A DNA stretch of 64,000 bases. It comes from Candidatus Arcticimaribacter sp. (GTDB taxonomy: Bacteria; Bacteroidota; Bacteroidia; Flavobacteriales; Flavobacteriaceae). The DNA is taken from the NCBI GenBank assembly GCA_038143215.1, contig JAYQLP010000001.1:38399-102398 (forward strand), given 5' to 3'. Shown one piece after another: positions 48,382 through 63,300 of this stretch (position 1 is its first letter; every line of letters begins with the position of its first letter). The notes beneath the pieces are model-generated. The model was not told the DNA's origin and searched no databases. It saw only the letters and a list, made by a program, of their open reading frames with translations. A program made the translations under genes and the position numbers.

Positions 48382-51300
48382 TAGTTAATGATTATAAAGG
48401 TTCCACTCTTCTCTACTTCTGTTTCACCATCGAGTAATGTTCCATACGCCGTATAGATAAAGTATGGTGAATACGGTGCATTTTCTCCATCCCAACCGCT
48501 AATGGAAATGCCTTGGATGTTATCGATGTCTTCCTCTTCAGCATATTCATTATAGACCACATTTCCACGATAGTCGTACACTGTGAAGGTCATGTTTAAG
48601 AATCCACTGAATAAGGGTCGGAAATTATCGTTCACCAAGTCATTATTCGGTGTAAACACATTTGGAATCATCAGATTGTATCCTTTTCCAACAGAAATCG
48701 GATAGGTAATTTCTTCTGAACATCCAATGTCATTGTAAATACGCAAGGTGGCGAAGTAAGTTCCAGACACCCCATAAGTATGACGAACAGGAATAATAGT
48801 ATCAACCAATGTGGGCACAATTTCCGCAGGAGAATTATCTCCAAAGATCCACTCAGAGGTTACATAAGGATCTGTAGACGTATTTTCAAAGGTGACCTCT
48901 TCGCGAGCTAAAATTACACTTGACGAGTTAAAGTTTGGTGATCGGTAACGGAAGTTAGGCTCCCCTATTCCACGGTTTATTTCTGTAGTCAACCAGCATC
49001 CCTCTTCATTCACAATTCGGAAATCAGCTGAATCAATCGCGTTAACAATGGCTACAGACCATGAACGATCGCTTAGACGAACCACATCCGAATCGGGGAT
49101 AAGAATATCGTTGTAGTAGAAACTTAGGTTTCCATCGTTATTATCGAATATATCGACAATTAATCTTCCTTGTAAACCTCTACATAAGTCTTCATCAACA
49201 TAAGGGCCGTCAATAATATACAGTTCACGGTTAGGTGCTACTTGAATAATTTCTTCATAGTAGTTGTACTGATTCTGAATACTACACTGGTTGTTTGGCG
49301 ATTGCACCGACTGAATAACCAGTTTATAATTTCCAGGTAATAATCCATCCAATGATGTTCTGTTGGTATAATCGGGGTTACCATTCGTTCCATCTAATGG
49401 ACGATAGCCGATTGAGCTGTCTGCATTGAGATAACGAGGATCCTCAGCATACCAGAAAATATTGAAAGGTGTTTGTCCTCCGTTGATATCAACTGCTATT
49501 TTTCCGTTGATACCTCCACTACTACAATCTGGGGATAATGACTTGGTCATCAACCCTATATTATCGGGATCTGGAATTGCACCCGTTACAACAAAAGGTG
49601 GAATGCGGTCAATAACTTCGAAATTAAATTCAAAGTTGTTATCGTCGCAAGAACAATAAGAATAAGAGTTGTTATCCACTACCCTTAAGCAATAATTACC
49701 AGGATAAGCAGGATCTACGTTGGCTCCATAGAAAATCTGTGTGGGTTCAGAAGGATCGTTGGGTGTGTAGGTCCACTCATACTGATACTCACCATTAGGG
49801 AAAGGTACTCCTCCTTCAGCTATGACACGTAAACCGCCCTCTAATATACCTAGACATGGATCTACTTCCAACGGACGATCGGTTAGTAAGTTAACCTCAA
49901 TCGGCTGTTTCACAGGAATATCGAATACAAGTATTTCAGAACATGGAATAAACTCAGCCGTTGGTGTTCCGTTTTCTGTAATTGCTAATTGATAAATACC
50001 TTGAGGTAGGTTTCTGATGCGATAAGTACCAGGATACATGATGTCTCTAAAGCCTCGGATATGGTTGTATAGATCCACATTGCTGCCATCAGGTCCTGTC
50101 AATTGGAAATTAAATCCAATGGAATTATTATAACCGTCTCTACTAATGTTTGAATTGAAGCTGAAAATGAAATCGCCTGAATACTAACTTGATGTATCGT
50201 AGCAATCAATTTGATCTTCAAATGGAATTGGATAATTCACACAATCATCTGCCCCAACCGGAGGAATATTTTCGATTACACCAAGGTTTTCAATGCTGAG
50301 ACTTCCTTGGGTAATTCTTAAATCGCGCGTAATAAACTCACCATTTCCACACGAGGGCACACGTCCATCCGTTATTCTCGCGCGATAGATACCCGGATCT
50401 AAGCCTGTTAAAGTAGTTCTGTCATCGTAAAGCGGTCCTGTTCGAGGCACCCACTCTGCCGATGAAGTTGTTCCTGAAGCTGTTTGTGTAATGATATTTA
50501 TGAATTCGTACCATTCTACCGATAATGGTGCTACATAAGAAGGAATGTCTAGTCGAATGGTTCCAAAATCAACGCCACAACCTGGTTGAGTTAATTCTAC
50601 ATCAACTATCAGTTGTGCATTGTTAGAATCTTCAATGATAATTTCACCCGATTCAATGATACAGGTATTTGTTCCTCCAACAGAAATCGAATAATCGTAG
50701 ATGCCAGCAGTATCAACTGGAATTTGAATTACCGATTGTCCAGTAGTCAGTGTTCTAAAGATTTCAAACGGAACGGTTCTTCCTCTTACATTTACCTGTG
50801 CTGGATTATCTATGGTAAACAATCCGCTTGCATCACGAGCAAAGATGGTAAATTCGATTTGACCTGAATCTTGTTCAGAACAATCGATATCTATAATTTC
50901 AACCTCAACATCATATTCGTTTACAATAGGGAAGCTAATGCTTAAACTCACTGTTTGCGAGCAACCCAATGCATTGACAATGGTCGCTGAAGTAAGCTCT
51001 CTTTGGTCGTTTTCAGTTACGTCAATCGTAAAGGAAACAACGTCTGAACTGTTGGTTTGCGATTCAAGAACACCACCGTTTAAGAAGACACGATAAGGCG
51101 CTTCCGCTGCATTATAACCATCAATGCTAAAGATTACTCTACCGCCGTTTTCAATGTCATTCGGACATTCTGGAACAACTCGTAAGCGTTCGTTTTCAAT
51201 CAAATCAAGTGAATTGGGTTCTGCCACTACAACTTCTTGTGTAATGAAGGTATTGGTAGAACATCCAGAGGTATTTCCTGTAGAAGGTCTGGAATCAGTA

Positions 51301-54300
51301 ACAACAGCGCGATAGGTTCCTGGTGGAACAGTGATGTCGGCAAAATTATCCCAGCGGTTTGGATCTCCATTCTCACCTGCCAAAGGTTCCCAAGTATAAA
51401 CAGGAACTTCAATTGTGAATGGTGGGCTTCCACGTAGCTCGTAAGTCACTATCAATTCTTCCCACTCAATGCTGAATGGCGCAATTGTACCCGAAATGGT
51501 TAAACTTATAGTACTCTCTAGATTGTTACAACCTGCAGTTGTTAGTACAGGGTTGACATCAATTACTGAATCTTGTGTGTCCTCAATAACAAAGCTACCC
51601 GTTGCCACAGCACAAACATTGGTCACATTGGAGTACAATGTATAGGTATAGGTACTTGGTTCAGTTAGCGTGACGGATATGGTACCCGGAAGATCAATAC
51701 GTTCAAAATAACGTAAAGGATCGTTTGCATTTGCTCCGTTGATTTCTAAGAAACCGGTTGGAGTCACATTCAATACGGGATTGTTTGTTCCAAACTGAAC
51801 ATTCGTATTTAAGGATAAAATATCAAATAGAACTACTCCTGAATCTTCGCTTGAACAATCTATTGCGTTTGCTGTAACGTTAACAGTATACTCAAATATT
51901 TCTTGGAATTCAATTGTCAAGGAAGTGGTTTTTGTACATCCATTTACATCAACCAATTCTACCTGATCGATTAAACGTTGTGTAGGATCGGTTACATCAA
52001 CAGCAAATACAGCACTCACAGGGATACTTGCATTAACAGGACTTGCAATTTGAGAAGCATTTATTGTTGTCGTAAATCTTCCATTGAGTAAGGATACTGA
52101 ATATGGAGCATCTGCAGCATTTAAGTTATATAAGTCTAGGGTAAACTGAGCACCGAGTGCAAGATCTTCTGGACATGTCGGAGCGATGCGACTATCAGGT
52201 CTTTCCTCAATAACAATTTCTGAAACAGAAGGAACTTCAAAAGTACCGGTAATGAGGGTGTTGGTTGAACAAGTTGAATCCGAAACCGTAGTGGTTCTGC
52301 CGTCTGTTATTATTGCACGATAGTTTCCTGGAGGAGCAGTAATCGCTAAATTATCATCTTGCTGACCGTTGTCAAACGTAGTCCAACGTGATAATGTCAC
52401 AGTCACCCCTCCAACGTTTTGTTGGTAATTTTCTAAATATTCCCATGCAATAGATACAGGTAAAACAGGGTTTAATATACCTCCAATAATCACTCTACTG
52501 TTCTCATTACCGCAACCGTCAACAATCACAGTGTTAGAGGAAGTGGATAGTACATTCGAAGCTACAACAGAGTTTACTGTGAAGGTTCCTGAAGCTACTA
52601 AGCAGGTTGTAGAACCTACGCTTGTTAATTCGTAACGATAATCACCAGGATTAGCGAGTGTTAATGATACTTGACCGGGAGTATTAATGTTGATTAATCT
52701 TCCTAACTGGAATGGATTGCCTGCGGCATTACTTACAAATAACACGCCTGTGTTAGTAGCAGAGAAACCAGTAGAAGAAGCAGATACGGATGGATCGAAT
52801 ACCACTAAACCTGAGTCTGGTGAAGAACAATCAATCGGATTAGTTGTTACATTCACCGCAGTGTAATTATTAATTACTGGGAATGAAATACTCAAGCTAA
52901 CCGAAGTAGTACAACTGTTGACATCTTCAATTTGAGCACTCAATATATTTTGATTTTGAGTGGTATCGAAGTTAGTGAAGGAAACTACACTCGAAGTACC
53001 CACTGAAGAAGCAGTTAACAGTCCGTTATTTAAACTCACCGTATAGGGTGCATTTAATGGGTTGAAATTATCAATCGTAAATACCAGTGTTGCTCCTGTG
53101 GCTAAATCCCCTGGACAAATGGGTGTAATTCGACTTTGTACATCCTCTGTTATATCTGGATCTACTTTTTCTGCAACCACAATGTTTCTTGTCAGTACAG
53201 TATTGGTTGTACATGCCGAGGTGGTTAATCGTGAATCGGTAACCCGTGCTCTATACGTTCCACCATAAACAACAGCAGTAATATTATTGTCTAAATCCGA
53301 ACGCGGAGACCAACTGTTCCAACTTACATTCAATTCTTCCCAAGTAATGGAAACGTTTCCAATGGTATTACTATAAGTTACTGTGATTGCCGATTGGTTA
53401 CATCCAACAAATGTGGTGTTGTCTACACTTACACCTACTGCAATTTGAGAGTCCCCTCCTACCTCATCGATTTGGAATGAACCGGATGCAATTACGCACG
53501 GTGTTGATCCACCTCCTAGCGTGGTAATTTCATATTGATAGGTATCTGCCTGAGTGAGGGTGGTTATTCGCGTTGGGTTAAAATCATCCAATACAAATAA
53601 ATTGTTGTAAATCGTATTTGAAGCAGTTACTCTTAACTGAACAGGATTATTGGTTATGGTCACCAATGCATCATTATCACCGCCCATGGTAAATTCAACT
53701 ACACCACTGTTTGGATCTGCACAAGCAATATCGTTGGTAACTATATCTACAGTAAACTCAGCAACAGGATCAAAAGGAGGTGGTAGGGTAGAAATAGTCG
53801 TTACACAATTATAGAAATCTCTTACCTCTATGTCTGTAAACACGCGCTGGCGTGCGTCATTAACATCAAGGTTACTGAAAATAACTGTTCCAACAGAAGT
53901 CGTTGCAATTAAAGCGCCATTGTTAATTCGAACCGAATAGGGTGCTCTTGCAGTATCGAAATTAGTAATTTCAAAGACGATCTGACCACCTGTAGCTAGG
54001 TCAGCCGTACAGCCAGGTTGTATACGTAAATCGTTTCTTTCAACTAAATCAATCTCAAGTGGCTCAATCACTTCAACCACAATTGTTTCTTGACAAGGTG
54101 GATAGGTTCCGCCGTAGATAGGATCTACTGGAGGATTAGCATCGGATACAGTAAACTCATAGCGACCTGGTCCTACACCAGTGACCAACCCATTGTTGAG
54201 CGTGACCGAACCAAGAGTAGTATAATTATAACTTCCAGTTGCTCCAGTGGCAAATATTCGGAACGAACCGTTGGTGTCTCCAATACAATCTAATTCATAA

Positions 54301-57300
54301 ATAAAGTCTACTTCACCATTAGGATCTGGATAGAAAATTGGAGGCTGAGTAACAGCTGAAAGCACTAAGTCGTCATATCCTTCAACAATAAAGGTTTCTC
54401 TACCAAAACATAAGGCAGATGAAGTATCTGTAACCGTCAGGGTATATCGTCCTGGAGAAAGTCCATAGATATTTGGACTGGTTGAAATTACACCTGGATT
54501 AGGTTCTTGTATCCATGCATATTGGTAGGTCCCAGAACCTCCTGTAATGGCATTAACTTGATTTCCGTTCCCGTCGTTGTAAAGCGTTTCAATATAACCT
54601 GTTCCTCTTGTAGTACCGGTTGTTGTTGTACTGGTTCCAGTACAATAACTCTTATCTTGTTGAATAAGGTTAGGGTCAAAATTGAATCCATCTTGTGGTA
54701 AGAGTACAAAACTTGTACCTATACAATCATTAATATCAGAGACAATAACGTTGTAAGATCTTCCCGGAAGGATATTGGCATTATCTGTACTATCGAACGT
54801 TGCGGTTTGTCCGCTTGGTCTTGTTTTACGTGCAAGGGTAACTCCATTTCGTTCAATTTCATAGACATAGCTTGATCCGTCAACCTCGGGCATTCCACCA
54901 GAAGCTCTTACATTCATTACTCCAACACCACCTGAACAGGTATCAATACTCAAAGTGATTTCATCGGGTTCTTCTACTGTAAAGGATACCGTATTGCTAC
55001 AATCTCCGTTGATTACGGTCAAGTAGTAAATTCCCGCTTCTAAGTTGGTAAGGTTAGTAGCAGTTACTATTCGGCTGTCTGGGAACGTCCAAACCAATTC
55101 TGGAGTATACGAAACAGGTAATTGTGTTGTAGTAGATGTTGCAGAAATTGCAGCAGTATCCGTTGCATTTCCACTAGCAGTAAATGGAATTCCTGCAGTA
55201 ACTCCAATTAATCGAAGTCCAAATCCAAGTGCTCCCACTGTAACATCAGGTTGTAATGCATCGGAATTAATTTGACTGATTAAATCCGCTATAATATCAT
55301 TTTCTAAGTAAGTCGTAATCACTCCATTTCGAACTTCTCCCCCACGTGTCGAATATTCAATTCCATTGACAGTTACTCGGAAAATATCGGTGTAAGAAAC
55401 CACACCAGAAGGAGTAAATTGGATTTCAGATCGTTGAACAATCCCTGGGGTAATGTTTGTAATGGCATTTAAGAAACTTGCATCTGAAGTATTTCCTAGA
55501 AGGATAGAACCATCGTTTCCTCCATTACAACTAACATCTGTAATCAGATTTGTTTCTATATAAGTTGTATCCACTATCGGCCCTGGATCTACTGTAATTG
55601 ATCCTGTAACCACAACCTGTGGGGCGCAATTACCTGTTAATGTAAGGGTATAGTTATAGGTTGTTGTGTTGGAAATAAGAACCGAAGGAGTACCCTCAAT
55701 TCGAAGGAGATTATTGGTTTCTCCAGGAGTTGAATCCAATGTAAGGTTAATACCATTAGGCACTTGATCCCAAGAAAGATTATAGGTTGCAAGTGAGGCA
55801 GGGTTAAATGCATATTCAATGGGTACGATTGACTCATTGTCACATAAAGAAGGCTGATTCGGATTCCCCGAATAGAGCACCATTTGTGGCATTGGAATCA
55901 CATTAATGGTTCCTGTTTCAATGGCAGGTCCACAACCAGTAGTCCTCACCTCGTAAGCATATGGAACTGGTGTATTAGAAACTTGTGCAGAAGCTTGGGC
56001 AAAGCCAGAGATAATCACTTGACTTGCAGTAACATTATACCCTACTCCAGGTAATGGGGGTGTAAAGGTGACCACTGCACCCGTAGCATCTTGTTCTAAA
56101 TTGAATACAATATCTTCTAACGTATTTGAAATAGTACCCGTACAAATATCCTGATTACGTGTAGAAGGCAATGAAGCTAAACTTAAAGATTCAACTGGTT
56201 TTACTTCGATAGTTCCTGAAAAAGAAATCTCTGGTCCACATGCACTATTGAACGTGCTAATTTCGTACGGATATTGTGTAGTAGAAGTAATATTCACAGA
56301 AGGTGTCCCTTCAATCGTCACTTGATTCGTCAATGGATCGAAAGTGGCATTTACTCCATTTAGAGTAGAAGAACCTGTCCAATTAAACGTATAATTTGTT
56401 GCTCCTCCTGCTAAAGTATAGACAATATCACCAATGGGTTGCGCCAAATCGCAAACACTTAAATAACCCGTTTGGTTTGTTGAAGTCACGGCACTTGTTA
56501 GCGTCATTATCGGTGGAGAATGCACGGTAATGGTTCCTACTTCAACCGTAGTTACACATGACCCGCTAGTAGCAATTTCATAGGTATAAACTACTGTTGG
56601 TGTGGTAAATGTAGTGGAAGCTACTACCGATCCATTAATCAATACAGAGGTTGATGTAAGGCTATAACCCAACCCTTGAGGGAGACCTATAATTGATGCT
56701 CCACCATTAATTTGGTAAGAAACACTAATCGGTTGACCTATCGCACCACCTTGCAATTCATAAACAATTGGAGCGTACAGCTCAGCAATTGCGTTGGCTG
56801 CATTGTCTGCATTATTTAAACGAATGCTTTGGTTTGTAGTTGATGGAGAAGAAACCAACGACATGGCATCAGCAGGATCGATTTGTATGGTTCCTGTTCG
56901 AATGACTTCCGTAGTACAAGCACTACCCGTTGTTTCTATTTGATAAGTAAATATTGTGGACTGTGTCACATTTGCCGTTGGAGTACCCGAAATCACATAT
57001 TGTGTTCCAGAATTGGTTGTGGTTAATCCTGAACCAGCCAATGTATTGCTTCCAATCCAGCTAAAGTTGAATGAAGTAGCTCCACCTCCTAATTCGTAAA
57101 CGATTCCTTGGATAGGTGTAGCATCACAAATCACTTGGTTTTCTGTGGTTGGTGAAGTTACCAAATTCATTACAGGAATAGAATGGACTGTAAGATCCCC
57201 TGTAATAGTAGACGACACACATCCCCCTCCAGTCGTGGTTTGATAAGTGTATTTCACAGTAGGAGTTGTAAAGGTGGTTGAAGCACTAATACTTCCAGAA

Positions 57301-60300
57301 ATAATCAGTGTATTTGAAGGTGTTATAGTGTACCCTAATCCACTTGGCAAGCCATTAATAAATCCTCCACCAACAGAGTAACTTAGGTTTATGGGTTGAC
57401 CAATGGCTCCGCCACCTAGTTGGTATTCTATTGGAATAAAGGGCTCTGTGATTGCGTTCAAAGCATTATCAAGGTCCATATAACAAACAGCTTGATTTGC
57501 AGTTGTTGGAGAACTTAATAGCGTTATAGAATCCAGCGGTTCAATTTGAATACTTCCATATTCAATAATTTCTGAACCACAGTCACTCCCCGTCGTTTCA
57601 ATTTGATAGGTATAAATTGTTGTTTGTGTGACATTTGTGGTTGGAGTACCTGAAATCTGATATTGATTTGATCCTGAAGCAGCTGCGGTAACTCCAAATC
57701 CGAATAATGTATTGGATCCTGTCCAGGTAAAGTTCATTCCACCGGCTCCACCACCCATCTCATAAACAATAGTCGTCATAGGTGTTCCGTCACAAATAAT
57801 TTGATTATTCGTTGCAGGAGCAGTAACGATATCCAACGTTGGATTAGATCGAACTTCGATGGTACCCGATGCAGTTGCTTGATTACATCCCCCACCAGTG
57901 GTAATATAATAGGTGTAAACAGTTGTTGTGGCTGTAGGCACTGCGGCAGTGGCCGTTGCAATACCATTGATTGTAACCGAGTTATTGGTAGTAACTACAC
58001 TAAATCCGGGAGGTAATCCAGCTTGGAACGCTCCTCCGTTCATGGTATAACTAACCGTCACTGCTTGTCCAACCGCCCCATTTTCCAATTCGTATTCGAT
58101 AGGATTAAAAGAGAATGCAGCCGGATCATTGTTGACACAAATAATTTGTGCCTGTTCGCCCGGTGCCCCTCTAAAGCTAATGGTGTCATCTGCAAATACC
58201 GTTACAGAACCTCGTATAGGGGACGGTGCATTGGTACATCCAAAGGCGTTTCCAATTAAATTGAATTCATAATCGAATACTCGTGTAGAAGTTACAACTA
58301 GTGTATTTGGTGGGTTAAAGCTAATTGTAGTATCTCCGGTCAAGGCATCAAAATTGGCAGTAATCCAATTTGGTGTAGTTGGTGTTACTACTGCAATTGC
58401 TAGAGCAGATACTGTATTGTATGTAATCGATTCTGTTCCACCCATACAAACGGATGGGTTTATCGTTCCTGAAGCAATGCTTGCCGAAGTACTTGGATTA
58501 ACAGTAATGGTTCCTGTAGCAGCTGCACTGCCAGTACAAACTCCTTGAGCACCTACAGAAGCTAGCTCATAGGTATAGCTTGTCGGATTTCCACCAACTG
58601 CTGCCGATGGATCAATGGTACCGCTAATTTCGTAATAGGCTGGCGATTGGGTTATTACAGGGGTCTGTAAGATTAAATCTGAGGAGGAAATGACACTTGT
58701 TGTAAAGGCAACTCCAGCAAAATTAGATTCAATAATAATGTTAGGTGATGCAGATGTTACCGTAAATGTTGGTGAAACCTGATTATTCAAGAAAGTAGCC
58801 ATTTCAGCAACAAACTGATTCAAATTGCTCGAAGCCGCTAATTCAATATTAGGTTGAGCGGTATAAGCTGTACCATTAATATTTACAGTGAATATATCGC
58901 CTAAGTTGGACGTAGCTGCTACCACATTTTCGATTACCTCAATTTGTGTAATTTGATTCTGAGCAAATGCTTGTCCACTGATTCCAGGAGGGTACTGACT
59001 TGTTCCTGTGGTAACAAATGTAAATGCAGGATTTGCAATTTCATAACGAATCGGTGCAATGGTTGTACTAGTACAAGCCGTTCGATCTCCAGTTCCTGAA
59101 GAAACTAGGGTGGCTACTGGCTGTGGAACAAGGTTGAAAGTTACATCTACCGTAGCTTCAGAACAACTTGCCCCATTGGTGGTAAACTCAACCGTCCAAT
59201 TGGTTGGCAGAGTAACAATCTGATTCATGGTCCCTTGAATCACATAACGATCGAAGAATCCAGGTTGTAAGCCTAAAGTTAACCCGTTAGGCAGCGGATT
59301 AATCGATGTAGGACTTACACGAATATCTGTAGCTCCGTCAAACTCTAAAACAATAGGATTCAAGGTTAAGTTTTCATTTCCACAGTATTGTGCAGCAGGA
59401 CCTGCCCCAGCTAATATTCCTATGGTTGCGTTCTCTAGTATTGTAATTGTCCCGGTTGATACAGCCGTTTCACATCCAGCAGCAGGAGCTTCAGTTTCTA
59501 ACACATAAGTGAATGAACCTGTATCAGAAGGCGTTCCAGCGATTGTGAACGTTTTACTAAGAGGTTGCGTAATGGGCGCTCCAAAGTTTACCGAAGAATT
59601 TAAAGGTTCCGTACTTGCAATAATATAGGATTGACCAACCTGACCTGTAGGGCCAACTTCTAATGTAATATTACCTGAAGTGTACGTTGCTACAAAATCA
59701 GTGGTCGTTGCATTAATCACATTTGCTAAACCATTACCAATATGGTCATTGGCATTTGCAGTAGTCGTTGTAGTTGTGAAAGTAAACGGCTGATTGTTAA
59801 TTGATAGTACATACGATCTTCCTAGAATTGTATTGGTCACTGTTGTAATCGTAATCGATGTGACCTGAGAAATAATGTCTAAAGATGGGAGAACACCTTG
59901 CGGTAAATCACGCACCAAGACACGGTCAACAGCTCCCTCTATATCATAGGTAATCGTTGTTAATGCTGTATTATTACACAAGCTTTGATTCACCGTTGCT
60001 GGACCTGATGTTAAATTAATTTGCGGTGGTCCAGGAACAGAAATCACATAATTAACACGATCGCCAGGACAAGGAATCGGCTCTGCAGTAATGATAATGT
60101 TTCCAGAGAATCCTGGTCGGAAATTAAGATCTACACTACTAGAAGTTGCATTTGATGGAGTTAACTCAAAGAATGTGTTTGTGGCTAAATACGAAGTTGT
60201 AAGTGTAAGTCCTGCTTGACTGTTCACAAACCATCGTGCAGATTGTGCACCAACGGTTGATAATGTTGTTGAGAACCCACCAGCAGGAATTGGACATTCA

Positions 60301-63300
60301 GGCAACGGGCTACCAAAATTAGAGATGACCAGCGGACCATCTTGTGCGCCAATAACGATGGTCGTTGAAGTCCAATCGCCTCTAACTCCAGTACAACTTA
60401 TCGGACGTACTTCAAGTTCAAAGCTTCCCCACCACCCTACATTCCAAGTAAGTATTCCTGTGTCTTGATCAATAGTACCTGGTGATGATATGGTCGAACC
60501 TAATCCAGGTTGCGGATTCGAAATTCTCCATTCTAAGGATGCATAATCGTTTGTATCTGCAGCATTAACGCTTGCAGTAAAGAATTGAGTTGGTAATGTT
60601 GCAGCGCTGATTTCACAGACAGGAATTGGTCCTGTTAAATTTCCTCCACATACCTCTTCATTTAAAGCGATAGGAACACTTAAATCAGAGGGGTCTGGTT
60701 GAGGGGTAGCCTCTGGAATAACGTCAATTTCAACGGCTAACCATCCAGATGAAGTGCCACATCCTTCAGTACGAACACGAATGGTTGCTGTTCCCGAGAA
60801 GTCGGGATCCCAATTCATTGTTGCACTTCTAATCCAGTTATAAGGAATGGCATTTCCAAAACGAGATGATTGGGTATTGGTTGTTGGTGAAACTGTAACT
60901 GAATAATCTGTATTTGCGTAAGCAGATTCTATTTGAATTTCATCCAATACATTATTGTAAATCGCATCATAATCTGCAGCAGCATCGATTGCATTCGCCA
61001 TCGCTAATCCAATCTGATCATTGCTTGCTATTGCCGCTGAACTTATAACATTATAAGTCGAAGCTGTTCCTGTAGCATTGGTGAGTGTAACCGTATAAGT
61101 TTGACCAACTACTTGTGGGCCCACAGCATCTACTGAAATGCGTTTTTGGAAATAATTATTTTCAACAATACTTCCCGCTCCCGATGGAGAAACATCCCAA
61201 TCGTAGTCTCCAAATTGCTCATTAAATGAATTGTCAACAAAACAAGTAAAGAACTCTGAAGGTGTCGTTGTTGGAGCTGGTAAACGATCTTGGCAAACCG
61301 TATTGTTGTACCAACGATCAGGGTTTACTGGATCTTGAAGTACTTCGTAACCCATTTGATTCACATCCATTCGGATGAAATCTGGGGTTTGTGGAAGCTG
61401 AGTTACCCGAATCATGTATTGCTCTTGGATTTCTGTACATCCACTGCCCTGCGTTACTAAAGTAAAGTTGGAAGTCGTTAATGCATTTCCAGAAATTGTA
61501 AAGGTATTTGTACCTGAAACGATGTACCAACCATTTAAGCCAGCTACCGCATTCACTGTTCCTCCGCCTACTGGAGTAACAGTCAGGTTTGTATCAAGGT
61601 TTCTAATTTCAAGTGAAGTTGCGCCACCTCCAAATTCGAATGTAATCGGAACAATAGGATCGTTAACACAAACGGCTTGCGGAGAAGGATCACCACTAAT
61701 TTGATTTATCGTTGGTTGGGGGTTCACCTCAATGACTGCAATTTCAGAGTAAACCTGACAAACTGCTGCACCTGCATTAGGGGTTCGTAGTCCATTGTTA
61801 CCCGAAACCAGTACTTTCATTTCAAGGGCCGAATTATTGAAAGGAACTATACTAGCGAGTACAGGATCGGGTGATCCAGTAGAGGCTGCTACATTGTATG
61901 TCCCTGCAACATCAGGGATAATGCTTAAGACATCATTGTTGGTATTAAACTCAGCATTAAACGAGATGTTGCTCGAAATATTAGTAGCTAGTGCAAGTCC
62001 AATACTATCTAACGTACTTGACGCATTGGCCGTTACTGTATAAAGACTTCCATTGATGGAAACTGAATATTCTTGTCCAACTTGGAAGGTATTGATCGTA
62101 TTTCTTAAAATAATAGAAGTACGCTCTATTTCATTTAGCGCTGGGTTGGCAGCTGAGGTAATAACTGCTCGATAATAAGTGGCTGGGGTAGATGGTAACC
62201 ATGAATCGCCCAAAGCAAAGTTAAGGAATGCTGTTTGTTGTCCAGCAATATCCGTCCAACTGTATTGGTCAGTAGAAATTTGCCACTGATAAGAAACAGA
62301 GGCAGTCAATGCTTCAGCATTTCTTAATTCAAGTGCATTTGGTAAATCTGCTGCACCGACCACTTGACAAATCGTTTGATCTGCTAATAGGCTTCCTTCA
62401 TTTAAATCAGGTAGAATTCCAATTCGAACAGCAGTTGTTTCAGCCTCACAAGTATCTCCTCCAAAGGATGCTGTGGCCACACGACGATACCATGTGGTTT
62501 GAATTAAAGAAGGTGGATCATAGAAATTATTGGTGGCTCCAGCAATTGTGCTCCATGTGGCATTGTCAGTAGACATTTCCCATCGGTAAGTGACTGTTCC
62601 AATGGAACTCGATGCATCTTCTGGTATTATGCCTGTAAGAGAACTAGTTAAAGTAGGTGGAGTAATACCATAACAGTAATCCCCACTTAATTGAGGATCT
62701 AATGCTCCTGCACTAATATCCACTACTGTAATTTGAATAACCGTACTTTCATCGGTACAAGAAGCAAGGGAACCTCCTACAGAATTCGTGATTCGTTTAT
62801 AATAACGCGTGCTATTTAAAATAGGCGGTTGATAGTCTTGCGATGTTGCTGTAACAATATCGGTAAAGGTGACCCCATCCAAAGATTGTTGCCATTGATA
62901 GGTGACTAAAGGTCCAGTTGAACCATTTAATATAGTAAGTAAACTAGGAGTTTCTCCAGAACAAATGGTTTCTGCTGTTGGAGAAACAGTTCCTCCTACA
63001 ATCGGAGGAGTAACACTTATTTGAACTACGTTAGAATATTCCTCGCAAGGGGCTCCATTCAATGTGCTAATCGCCTTTCTTCGATAGAATGTTGTCGATA
63101 CGATTGCTGTAGGTGAATAGTTTGCGTTTGTGGCTGAAAGTATTGGAGTAAATGTTGTGCTAGTAACACCCGCTTCCCATAAATAAGTAATAATACCTGA
63201 GCCTGTTGCACTCGCAACATTAGTAATTGGTGCAGGAGTGCCACCAATACAAACTGTTGGAGAAGCAGTTCCAATTAATCCTGGATCTGTAATTGTATTT

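Noticed and set aside
14142-50186. Alternative genetic code or stop-codon reassignment (one in-frame TGA, one in-frame TAG)
   Set aside because: Both codons terminate well-conserved genes normally here (e.g. TGA at 33321-33323, TAG at purL 41738-41740). The two cases involve different codons, and no other internal stops occur in about 20,000 codons.
55120-62130. Prophage or contractile-tail locus suggested by sheath-like motifs
   Set aside because: The motifs are internal parts of one T9SS substrate; no phage, integrase or tail-assembly genes are in the window.
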